DNA from: Oscillospiraceae bacterium
GTDB lineage: Bacteria; Bacillota; Clostridia; Oscillospirales; Acutalibacteraceae
DNA length: 40,442 nt
Assembly (NCBI GenBank): GCA_029007475.1
Contig: JAQXHW010000014.1
Span: forward strand, 1-40,442
Reading direction: 5' to 3'
Positions within the stretch are counted from its first letter, which is position 1; each line of letters begins with the position of its first letter. Under the pieces are notes generated by a model, which had not been told where the DNA came from, searched no databases, and saw nothing but the letters and a program-made list of their open reading frames with translations. The translations under genes and the position numbers were made by a program. Positions 1 to 7,984 of this stretch are shown in pieces.

Positions 1-1
1 T

Positions 2-733
2 CCCGAGGTTAAGGTAACAGTTGAAATCCGCGACTTCGGCGCATATATCCGCGCAGGTGCCGAAAAGGGTGCCGGCGGTATTCCCGTAGGCACAGGGGGC
101 AACGCCGCAATTCTCATAAGCGGCGGTATCGACTCCCCCGTTGCCGCCTATATGCTTGCAAAGCGAGGCGTTAAGCTCACCGCTATTCACTTTGCAAGCC
201 CTCCCTATACCTCCGAGAGAGCCGAGGATAAGGTTCAAAGACTTCTCAAAAAAGTTGCCCGCTACGCAGGTCCTATTGAGATGATAACCGTTCCCTTTAC
301 AAGAATTCAGGAACGCATAAAGGACGAATGTGACGAGGAGCTTTTCACAATCATCATGCGCCGTATGATGATGAAGGTTTCCTCAATTATTGCAAAAAAA
401 TACGACTGCACCGCCCTTATTACAGGCGAGAGTCTCGGTCAGGTTGCAAGCCAGACCATTACCGCCATAGCCTGTACCGATGATGCCGCAGATATGCCTG
501 TTTTCAGACCTCTTATCGGTATGGATAAAGAGGAAATCGTGCAGATTTCAAGAAAAATCGACACCTTTGATATCTCCATTGAACCCTTTGAGGACTGTTG
601 CACAGTTTTCACACCCAAGCATCCGAGAACAAAGCCCGCGCTCAAATTTGTCCGCTATGCCGAGGAAGACGCTCACCTTGACGAGCTTATTGACGAGGCA
701 GTTGAAAATGTTAAAGTTATAGAACTCAAGTAA
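2..733 (+). CDS. thiI: tRNA 4-thiouridine synthase ThiI (5'-truncated by the window edge)
   Basis: Frame is open from base 2 (PEVKVTVEIRD...GAGGIPVGTGG...ISGGIDSPVAAYM). PP-loop SGGIDS, TGESLGQVASQT, RPLIGMDK and EDCC motifs are present. Confidence 0.95.
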   Translation, partial: PEVKVTVEIRDFGAYIRAGAEKGAGGIPVGTGGNAAILISGGIDSPVAAYMLAKRGVKLTAIHFASPPYTSERAEDKVQRLLKKVARYAGPIEMITVPFTRIQERIKDECDEELFTIIMRRMMMKVSSIIAKKYDCTALITGESLGQVASQTITAIACTDDAADMPVFRPLIGMDKEEIVQISRKIDTFDISIEPFEDCCTVFTPKHPRTKPALKFVRYAEEDAHLDELIDEAVENVKVIELK

Positions 734-754
734 TTATACTAACCCTTTGGAGGA

Positions 755-2890
755 ATGTATATGAGGACCGAAATCTACTCTGTCCGCTCAAGCACAGATG
801 AAATCGAATATATCCGTACTCATTTCAAAGAGCTCACTCATGCTCTTGACGAGATTACATCTACCCATGTGCTTTTCAAAACCGAGATAGACTCCAACCC
901 ACGTAAAATCAAAAAGGAATTTATAAATTCAATTTGTGCCGATAATCCACCCGAATTCTATATTTACGCAAATGCTCTTGATACCGAGGACAGCTCCTCT
1001 TTCAGGCGGCTTTTCTCTCCCCTCATCAAGGTGTTGGAAAAGGAGCTTGTGAATGAAGTCCTGCTGTCTACTAACAAAAGCGCAGGTCAGGAGCTTGACT
1101 TGGTTGTAAGCACTATTTCCGTTGAGGGGGAATCTTTCCCCGCCTATGCTTTCAGCTTCCAAAAGAAAAAAGTCCTTGTCCTGCCCAGAATTAAATTCAT
1201 AAACAGCAGCTTCAAGGATTACTTAATTAATGCCGTTACAAAGGCAAAGGAGCTTTTCAAAGCTCAGGCAGACAATCATGCTCGAGACTATATTATCTCA
1301 AATCCCGAGGAGACCGTATCGGAGGAAATTCCTCTCTCCGACGCGGCTGACAGTTTAGCTTTACCCGAGGCTGACTCAAAACCCGAAGCAGACTCAAAAG
1401 AAGCCAAAGAAGATGCAGCTCCCGATGAAGCAAAGGAAATTCCAGAAGAAAAAGCCGATAAACTCGAAGAGATAACACCGGAAAAAGCTGTTGACAGCAC
1501 TTCTGAGGAAGCTTCGGAAAATCCCCCGGAGGAAAAGAAAAAGAAGGGCGCAAGAGCATTCCTCATGAGCTTTATTCCCCACAAGGGCGACAGCGTAAAG
1601 AACATTATACTCAAGATAGTTGTTCTCGTTGCAGTAGCTGCCTTTCTTGTAAGCGCCGGACTTCTGCTTAATTTCTTTGTTATTCAGCCTTATATTAACA
1701 CCTCGAATATGAAAGAAATTCAGAATATCTACTACGCTTCCTACGACGAGGTTTCCACCATAATTGACGATGACGGCAACACCGTGGCAGTTTCGGGCAA
1801 AACCAAAAACTGGGACGGACTTAAGAAAATCAACAAGGAAATCGTAGGCTGGATTAAGATTGACAAAACCGTCATCGACTACCCCGTCCTTGAACACAAG
1901 GGCGACGATTCGAAAAACCAGTATTATCTTTACAGAAATTACAAGGGAGAGTACTCTGACTTCGGAAGCATATTCCTTGACTATAGATGTACTCAGGGCG
2001 TAAACAGCAAAAACGTAATTCTCCACGGTCACAATATGGGAAGCGACAAATCCATGTTTGCAACCCTCACCAAATACCCCGGCAACCCGGATTACTACAA
2101 ATCTGCCCCCATTATTCACTTCGATACTCCCGAGGCAAACGGTGACTACGCTATCTTCTCGGTTATGAAGATTAATGTATCAAACGAAAACAAAGCAATC
2201 TTCAACTACCTCTTGGGCGAATTTGATTCAAGCGCTCAGTTTATGAACTTTATCTACAACATCAAGGAGCTTTCCTACTTAAATGTAAATTTACCCATTA
2301 ACGAAAACGACCGTCTTCTAACCCTCTCCACCTGCTCCTACGAGGCTCAGAATATGCGCACCGTTGTGGTAGCAAGAAAAATTCGCGAGGGCGAGGACAT
2401 AAGCAAGTATGTAAATAGCGCCAAGACAAAAAGCCCTGCTTACAGCATAACTTCAACCTTCTCGAAAGAGCTTGAGGCGGGAGCTGTCAAATGGTACGAC
2501 GGCGAAGGAAAGCTTGAGGGCAACGAGGAACTCAGATATTTAGAGCAGGCAGATATGTACGTTGTAAAATACTTGGACGGCAACGGCAAAGCAATTTCAA
2601 CACAGTATGTTCTCAAGGGTGAAGATGCTAAGGTTCCTAAAACAATCCCCAGAAAAGCCGCTTCAAACGGCTACTACTACGAATTTAAGAAATGGAGCTC
2701 AAACGGCAAAAATATCCAGAAGAACACAACCATTACACCGGTGTTTACAGAGAGAAAATTAAAGCCTGTTGCAAGCACTCCCTTCCCCACGGTAGAGATT
2801 GAGGACGACTGGGAGGAAACCATGGCACCGGTAGCACCCGACCCTGTTGAAACTACCGCCGCAACTGCCGCGACTTCTACTAACCCATAA
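755..2890 (+). CDS. Class B sortase with N-terminal degenerate CinA/MoCF-like domain, acidic linker, TM helix and C-terminal InlB B-repeat-like domain
   Basis: NKEIVGWIKI..T.IDYPV, GSIFLDY, ILHGHNM (His), TLSTC (Cys), MRTVVVAR (Arg); hydrophobic helix IVVLVAVAAFLVSAGLLLNFFVI; GGAGG RBS (the start may be ATG 761). Confidence 0.85.
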   Translation: MYMRTEIYSVRSSTDEIEYIRTHFKELTHALDEITSTHVLFKTEIDSNPRKIKKEFINSICADNPPEFYIYANALDTEDSSSFRRLFSPLIKVLEKELVNEVLLSTNKSAGQELDLVVSTISVEGESFPAYAFSFQKKKVLVLPRIKFINSSFKDYLINAVTKAKELFKAQADNHARDYIISNPEETVSEEIPLSDAADSLALPEADSKPEADSKEAKEDAAPDEAKEIPEEKADKLEEITPEKAVDSTSEEASENPPEEKKKKGARAFLMSFIPHKGDSVKNIILKIVVLVAVAAFLVSAGLLLNFFVIQPYINTSNMKEIQNIYYASYDEVSTIIDDDGNTVAVSGKTKNWDGLKKINKEIVGWIKIDKTVIDYPVLEHKGDDSKNQYYLYRNYKGEYSDFGSIFLDYRCTQGVNSKNVILHGHNMGSDKSMFATLTKYPGNPDYYKSAPIIHFDTPEANGDYAIFSVMKINVSNENKAIFNYLLGEFDSSAQFMNFIYNIKELSYLNVNLPINENDRLLTLSTCSYEAQNMRTVVVARKIREGEDISKYVNSAKTKSPAYSITSTFSKELEAGAVKWYDGEGKLEGNEELRYLEQADMYVVKYLDGNGKAISTQYVLKGEDAKVPKTIPRKAASNGYYYEFKKWSSNGKNIQKNTTITPVFTERKLKPVASTPFPTVEIEDDWEETMAPVAPDPVETTAATAATSTNP

Positions 2891-2916
2891 AAATATAGCG
2901 TAGGATGTGACCTCCT

Positions 2917-3336
2917 TTGAAATGTGACCTGATTTTTTATCTTGCAAGACAAACCGGCTACTGTGAAAGAGCCTTAAAAAAACAGCTCTCCGAGCTTGGC
3001 ATATCCCTAAACTCCGTGGGTGCCTCCACAACCCCCGAGACTTTGGGCGAAAAGCTCTGTGAGTCCTTCTCAAGATGCAACTTGGTTTTTATAATCGGCG
3101 GTCTCGGCTTCAGCGGCCCAAAGGGTCTCTCTGAAGTGCTTTCAAAGGCAATATCTTCTACAAAGGTTACCTCCGAGAATGTTCGAAAGCTCAAAAATCA
3201 GTCAGGCAAGCAATACGGCTATCTAATCCGCTGCGGCAGACAGACTATTGTTGCCTTTCCCGATAAACCTCGGGAGCTTACCGAGATGTTTTCACCTGAG
3301 CTCTCCGAGTACCTGAAAATCACCTATAATCTTTAA
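2917..3336 (+). CDS. Small stand-alone CinA N-terminal (MoCF/COG1058)-like protein, degenerate
   Basis: LSELGISL, LVFIIGGLG and NQSGKQYGYLI...IVAFPDKPRELTEMF parallel the CinA-N motifs; TTG start. Confidence 0.65.
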   Translation: MKCDLIFYLARQTGYCERALKKQLSELGISLNSVGASTTPETLGEKLCESFSRCNLVFIIGGLGFSGPKGLSEVLSKAISSTKVTSENVRKLKNQSGKQYGYLIRCGRQTIVAFPDKPRELTEMFSPELSEYLKITYNL

Positions 3337-3352
3337 TTATCAAAGACAAAAC

Positions 3353-3393
3353 GGGCTGTCGCAAATTTTATCATTTGCGGCAGCCCCTTTTTT
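3353..3393. terminator. Intrinsic terminator between convergent genes
   Basis: GGGCTGTCGCAAAT / ATTTGCGGCAGCCC stem followed by a T-run and preceded by an A-run. Confidence 0.8.
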
Positions 3394-3449
3394 ACTGTCA
3401 TATTCTTTTGAGATTTCAGTAAACCTTGTTGGAGTTTATCCGAAATTAC

Positions 3450-4091
3450 TTATTTTGTGCCGAAAAGTCGGTCGCCTGCATCACCGAGACCCGGTAAAAT
3501 GTATCCGTTCTCGTTAAGGCATCTATCGAGAGTTGAAACATAGATTTCAACATCGGGATGTTCTTCGGCAACACGGGTTACGCCCTCGGGAGCACCGATA
3601 ACAGCCATAAACTTAATGTTGGTACATCCGCGTTTCTTCAGCAGAGCGATAGCGTCGCAGGCACTGCCGCCGGTAGCGAGCATCGGGTCAATCACAAGCA
3701 CCAGCTTATCCTCAATACCCTCGGGCAATTTGCAATAGTATTCGTATGGCTCTAAGGTTTCCTCATTTCTGCAAAGACCGATATGGCCGACTCTTGCCGA
3801 GGGGAAAAGAACGTGAACGCCGTTTACCATTCCGAGACCGGCTCTCAAAATAGGCACGATTGCGATTGCGTTATCCTTAACCATACTCTGATTACAAACC
3901 TCGAGAGGAGTTTTAACCTGACACTCGGTTGTGGGAACTCCCGTCCTTAAACACTCAAAGGTCATAAGAGTAGTAATTTCCTCAATAAGCTCGCGGAACT
4001 CCTTCATGCTTGTCTTTTCATTTCGAAGGATTGCGATTTTGTGATTAATAAGGGGATGATTGAAAATTGTTACATTATCATAGTTTTTCAT
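3450..4091 (-). CDS. upp: Uracil phosphoribosyltransferase
   Basis: HPLI.HK, VPILRAGLGM, DPMLATGGS and YILPGLGDAGDRLFGT motifs. Confidence 0.97.
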   Translation of the reverse strand: MKNYDNVTIFNHPLINHKIAILRNEKTSMKEFRELIEEITTLMTFECLRTGVPTTECQVKTPLEVCNQSMVKDNAIAIVPILRAGLGMVNGVHVLFPSARVGHIGLCRNEETLEPYEYYCKLPEGIEDKLVLVIDPMLATGGSACDAIALLKKRGCTNIKFMAVIGAPEGVTRVAEEHPDVEIYVSTLDRCLNENGYILPGLGDAGDRLFGTK

Positions 4092-5562
4092 TTTTGTTCT
4101 TATCCTCCGGTTCTTTACCTAATTTGCCTTTTTCAATTTTGGTGAGAACGACATTTGTTACAATTCCGATAATCAGTGCTGTCGCGATAGAGGTTATGGT
4201 AATAACACCGGTAATCTCTCCTGTTTCGGCTATTGCGTAGGGGATTTGGATTGAAAGACCGCCGATACCCGAAATAAGAATAGAGGCAACAACAAACAGG
4301 TTTTTATTATTCTCAAGGTCAACGTTCTTAAACATCTTAAGACCCGATACAGCAATAAATCCGTAAAGTGTAAGGCATACACCTCCCATTACGCAGGAGG
4401 GAATTGTCTGAAGAAGTGCCATTATGGGGCTTACAAAGGAAAGACCGATACACATAATGGCGGCGGTGGTAATGGTTGCAATAGAAGCATTTTTAGTAAT
4501 AGCAACGCAGCCAACGGATTCACCGTATGTTGTGTTGGGACAAATACCGAAAACAGTACCTGCAAAGGAACCTACGCCGTCACCCATAAGAGTTTTTGAA
4601 AGGCCGGGCTCTTTAATAAGGTCTCTGCCGATAACACTTGAAAGGTTTTTGTGGTCTGCAATATGCTCTGCAAAAACAACCATGGCCACAGGCAGGAATG
4701 CGATAACGATTTCAACTACTCCGCTGAGATTGATCATACCGGCGTTCTCGTTAGCTGCAAGAATTTCAGCGGACATGTTGCCTGTGAACAATTCCTTAAC
4801 AGCTTCAATAAGTGCAAAGCTGGGATAATTAATGAAAGCACTAAAGCCCTTAAAGGAGCCGTCTGCCGCAACAAAATTGTCGATTAAGGGACGGAAGTTA
4901 ATTATCATAAGATAATCGTTGCTTGTTGCCATACCGATAAATGTGAAAACCGCCGCAACGACATAGCCTGAAGCAATACCTAAAACAAAGGGTATAAGGC
5001 GTGCCATTCTAACTCGCTTCTGTGTTGCACAGATAACAATAACGAAAAATGCCACCAAGCCGCATAAGAGCGAAACTAAGTTATAGGATGAGTACATCTG
5101 GGAGGAGTTTGCACGGACTATATCCCCCATTGCAGAGCCTGCAAGAGAAAGACCGATAAGAGCAACCGTTGGGCCGATAATTACTGTGGGCATGAGCTTA
5201 TCTACCCATGCGGTACCTACAAAGTGAATAACCAAAGCGATTGCCACATAAACAAGAGCAGCAATAAGCGAGCCAAAGATAATGCCGCAATAGCCGTATG
5301 CTAAGGCTACTCCAAGGGAGCTGAGAAACGCAAATGAGCTGCCCAGAAATACAGGGCTTTTGAATTTGGTAAACACCTGGTATACCAATGTACCGATACC
5401 TGCGCCCAAAACGGCGGCAGGAATTTGAGTCGGCAAGCCAATAATTGTGGGAACTGCGATTGTAGCCGCAAGAATTGCAAGCACCTGCTGCAATGCGAAA
5501 ATAAGCATTTGCCCGAATTTAGGCCTGTCTTCAATGTCATAAATCAATTTTTTCTCCATCAA
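4078..5562 (-). CDS. uraA: Uracil permease (NCS2/UraA family)
   Basis: ALQQ, FLGSSFAF, EHIADH and PNTTYGES motifs; multiple TM helices; overlaps the upp start. Confidence 0.88.
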   Translation of the reverse strand: MMEKKLIYDIEDRPKFGQMLIFALQQVLAILAATIAVPTIIGLPTQIPAAVLGAGIGTLVYQVFTKFKSPVFLGSSFAFLSSLGVALAYGYCGIIFGSLIAALVYVAIALVIHFVGTAWVDKLMPTVIIGPTVALIGLSLAGSAMGDIVRANSSQMYSSYNLVSLLCGLVAFFVIVICATQKRVRMARLIPFVLGIASGYVVAAVFTFIGMATSNDYLMIINFRPLIDNFVAADGSFKGFSAFINYPSFALIEAVKELFTGNMSAEILAANENAGMINLSGVVEIVIAFLPVAMVVFAEHIADHKNLSSVIGRDLIKEPGLSKTLMGDGVGSFAGTVFGICPNTTYGESVGCVAITKNASIATITTAAIMCIGLSFVSPIMALLQTIPSCVMGGVCLTLYGFIAVSGLKMFKNVDLENNKNLFVVASILISGIGGLSIQIPYAIAETGEITGVITITSIATALIIGIVTNVVLTKIEKGKLGKEPEDKNKNEKL

Positions 5563-5590
5563 AACCTCTCCTCATTGTTTTTTCGTTCCT

Positions 5591-5619
5591 ATTATATTTC
5601 ATCTTTCGCCAATTTGCAA
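5591..5619 (-). promoter_or_regulatory. Sigma-A promoter of uraA-upp
   Basis: TTGCAA-17 bp-TATAAT on the minus strand. Confidence 0.7.
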
Positions 5620-5727
5620 ACATTTTTACTAAACTCTGACATTTTTTCTGCTAAATTATCAAAATAACCGATAAATTAAGCTTTAACTTTAGCGTTAAAA
5701 TTTTCTTAATACAAAATTCACCATTAG

Positions 5728-5756
5728 TTGACAAAAGTTAAAAATTGCAATATACT
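5728..5756 (+). promoter_or_regulatory. Sigma-A promoter of the NCS2 permease gene
   Basis: TTGACA-17 bp-TATACT. Confidence 0.8.
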
Positions 5757-5806
5757 TTTATTGCATATATTGCGATGCAATAAATAATAAAAGGAGATGC
5801 AATTTC

Positions 5807-7159
5807 ATGTTAGAAAAACTATTCAAGCTAAAAGCGAATGGCACAAATGTGAAAACGGAAATAATTGCCGGTGTTACAACATTCCTTGCAATGGCGTATA
5901 TCCTCGCAGTTAACCCCGCATATTTGGGCCAAATCAACGGTGCAACAGCAGGTGCGATTTTTACCGGTACGGCAATTTCGGCTGCTATTGCAACTCTCTG
6001 TATGGCATTCTTTGCAAACTACCCCATTGCCCTGGCTTCAGGTATGGGACTTAATGCATTCTTTGCATTTACCGTTTGCGGTGCAATGGGAATTCCCTAT
6101 TCCGTAGCACTTACCGCCGTTTTAGTAGAAGGTTTAATTTTCATAGTTCTTTCCTTATTCAAATTCAGAGAAGCTCTTGTTAACCAGATTCCCCAAAACC
6201 TTAAATTCGGTATTACCGCCGGTATCGGCTTGTTCATTACAATCATCGCCCTTATTAATTCCGGCTTTGTTGTAGACCATCCCGATACCTTAATTTCAAT
6301 CGGTACTTTCAGCAGACCCGAATTCATTCTCTCTATTGTCGGTTTATTAATCATCGGCGTATTACATCACTTCAAAGTTCCCGGAGATATCCTTTTAGGT
6401 ATCCTCGCAACTTGGGGCTTAGGTATTGTGGCTCAGCTTTGCGGTTGGTATGTTGTTAACCCCGAAATCGAAGCTTATTCACTTATTCCCACATTCTCCG
6501 GATTTTCCATCGAAGCTCCCATAATGTTTAACTTCGACTTCGCATACATCGGAAGCCACATTTCAACCTTCATTATCGTTGTGTTCACCTTCCTTTTCAC
6601 TGATATTTTCGATACCGTCGGTACATTAATCGGCGTTGCAGAAAAAGGAAACCTCCTCAACGAGAAGGGCGAGCTTCCCAGAGCAAAGGGCGCATTACTC
6701 GCAGACGCTGTCGGTACCTGCGCAGGCGCATCCTTAGGTGTTCCCACAGTTACCAGCTATGTTGAATCAAGCGCAGGCGTTTCCGCCGGCGGCAGAACAG
6801 GTCTTTCTTCTGTTGTAACCGCAGGATTATTCTTAGTTTCATTAGTTCTTTCACCCGTATTCTTGGCAATCCCCAAATTTGCAACAACTCCTGCAATGCT
6901 CTTTGTTGGACTTATGATGCTTAGCTCCGTTAAGAAGATGAAGTTTGACGGCGACATCGCAGATGTTATCGGCGGTTTCTTAGCAATCGTTATTATGCCT
7001 TTCACATACTCCATTTCAAACGGTATTATGTTTGGTATGCTCTCTTGGACAATCCTCAAGGTTTGCACCGGCAAGATCAGAGATGTTAAGCCTGTAATGT
7101 GGATTTCCACCGGATTGTTTGTTATCTACTTTGTACTTAAGTTTATAGGCATCATGTAA
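5807..7159 (+). CDS. NCS2 family purine permease (AzgA/PbuG-like)
   Basis: TEIIAGVTTFLAMAYILAVNP, GMGLNAFF, DIFDTVGTL and YVESSAGVSAGGRTG motifs. Confidence 0.92.
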   Translation: MLEKLFKLKANGTNVKTEIIAGVTTFLAMAYILAVNPAYLGQINGATAGAIFTGTAISAAIATLCMAFFANYPIALASGMGLNAFFAFTVCGAMGIPYSVALTAVLVEGLIFIVLSLFKFREALVNQIPQNLKFGITAGIGLFITIIALINSGFVVDHPDTLISIGTFSRPEFILSIVGLLIIGVLHHFKVPGDILLGILATWGLGIVAQLCGWYVVNPEIEAYSLIPTFSGFSIEAPIMFNFDFAYIGSHISTFIIVVFTFLFTDIFDTVGTLIGVAEKGNLLNEKGELPRAKGALLADAVGTCAGASLGVPTVTSYVESSAGVSAGGRTGLSSVVTAGLFLVSLVLSPVFLAIPKFATTPAMLFVGLMMLSSVKKMKFDGDIADVIGGFLAIVIMPFTYSISNGIMFGMLSWTILKVCTGKIRDVKPVMWISTGLFVIYFVLKFIGIM

Positions 7160-7181
7160 TTCAAAACAGATTGATATACAC

Positions 7182-7218
7182 AAAACCCGAACAATGCGAA
7201 AAGCGTTGTTCGGGTTTT
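7182..7218. terminator. Bidirectional intrinsic terminator
   Basis: AAAACCCGAACAATGC-GAAAA-GCGTTGTTCGGGTTTT between convergent genes. Confidence 0.8.
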
Positions 7219-7264
7219 AATTATGTTTTCAGAGCTTTCAAAAAGCTCTTATTATTTACTCGCC

Positions 7265-7792
7265 TTAATCTTCTGCGTCAAGATTCAATTCGGCAATATA
7301 GGGCAGCTCTCGGTATTTCTCGTTGAAATCCAAACCGTAGCCAACAATAAACTTGTCCTCGATAGTGAAGCCTAAATAGTCGATATTCACAGGCAAAACT
7401 CTTCTTGAGGGTTTATCAAGCAAGGCACAGAGCTTTACTGAAGCGGGATTTTGCTTTTCTATCTCCTTGAGGAAATAGTTGAGGGTCTTGCCGCTGTCGA
7501 TAATATCCTCAATAATCAAAACGTGCTTGTTTTCGATATCGGTGGTAATTTTACAGATTGACTCAATATTTCCGCTTGTTGTTCCGCTCTTATAGCTGGA
7601 AAGTCTTGCAAAATCAATACTGAAGGATAAATCCATTTTTTTGGTAATATCCGAGAAAAAGTAAACCGAGCCTTTCAGCATACATACAATAACAGGCTCT
7701 ATACCCTTATAGTCGGCAGAAATCTCCTTTGCAAGCTCTTCAACTCTGCGGCTGATTTGTTCTTCGCTTAATAATACATCAAATTTACCCAT
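7265..7792 (-). CDS. hpt: Hypoxanthine phosphoribosyltransferase
   Basis: LKGS, VLIIEDIIDSGKTL, LLDKPSRR and FIVGYGLDFNEKYRELPYI motifs. Confidence 0.96.
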   Translation of the reverse strand: MGKFDVLLSEEQISRRVEELAKEISADYKGIEPVIVCMLKGSVYFFSDITKKMDLSFSIDFARLSSYKSGTTSGNIESICKITTDIENKHVLIIEDIIDSGKTLNYFLKEIEKQNPASVKLCALLDKPSRRVLPVNIDYLGFTIEDKFIVGYGLDFNEKYRELPYIAELNLDAED

Positions 7793-7937
7793 TTTTTTAC
7801 TCCCATTATTTTATTACTAAACATTATAATACACACTTCGTCAAAAAACAATAAGAAAGTTATTAAAAAATTACGATAGTGATAAATATTGACCCTGCTA
7901 TGCCAAGGCTCAATACATTAATCCGTATAAAGGAAAC

Positions 7938-7967
7938 ACGGAGATACTTCTTTCAAAGTATCTCCGT
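7938..7967 (-). terminator. Probable terminator of the large glycoside hydrolase gene
   Basis: 12-bp stem ACGGAGATACTT / AAGTATCTCCGT just past the stop codon. Confidence 0.65.
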
Positions 7968-7984
7968 TTCTCGGCTTTTAATAA

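Noticed and set aside
1394-2119. Long antisense ORFs (also 22084-22737, 26349-26888, 38642-39178 and others)
   Set aside because: They lie opposite well-supported genes, have no recognisable motifs, and are explained by codon bias or repeats.
5563-5806. Purine riboswitch or PyrR attenuator
   Set aside because: No aptamer or terminator/antiterminator pattern, and the predicted leaders are too short.
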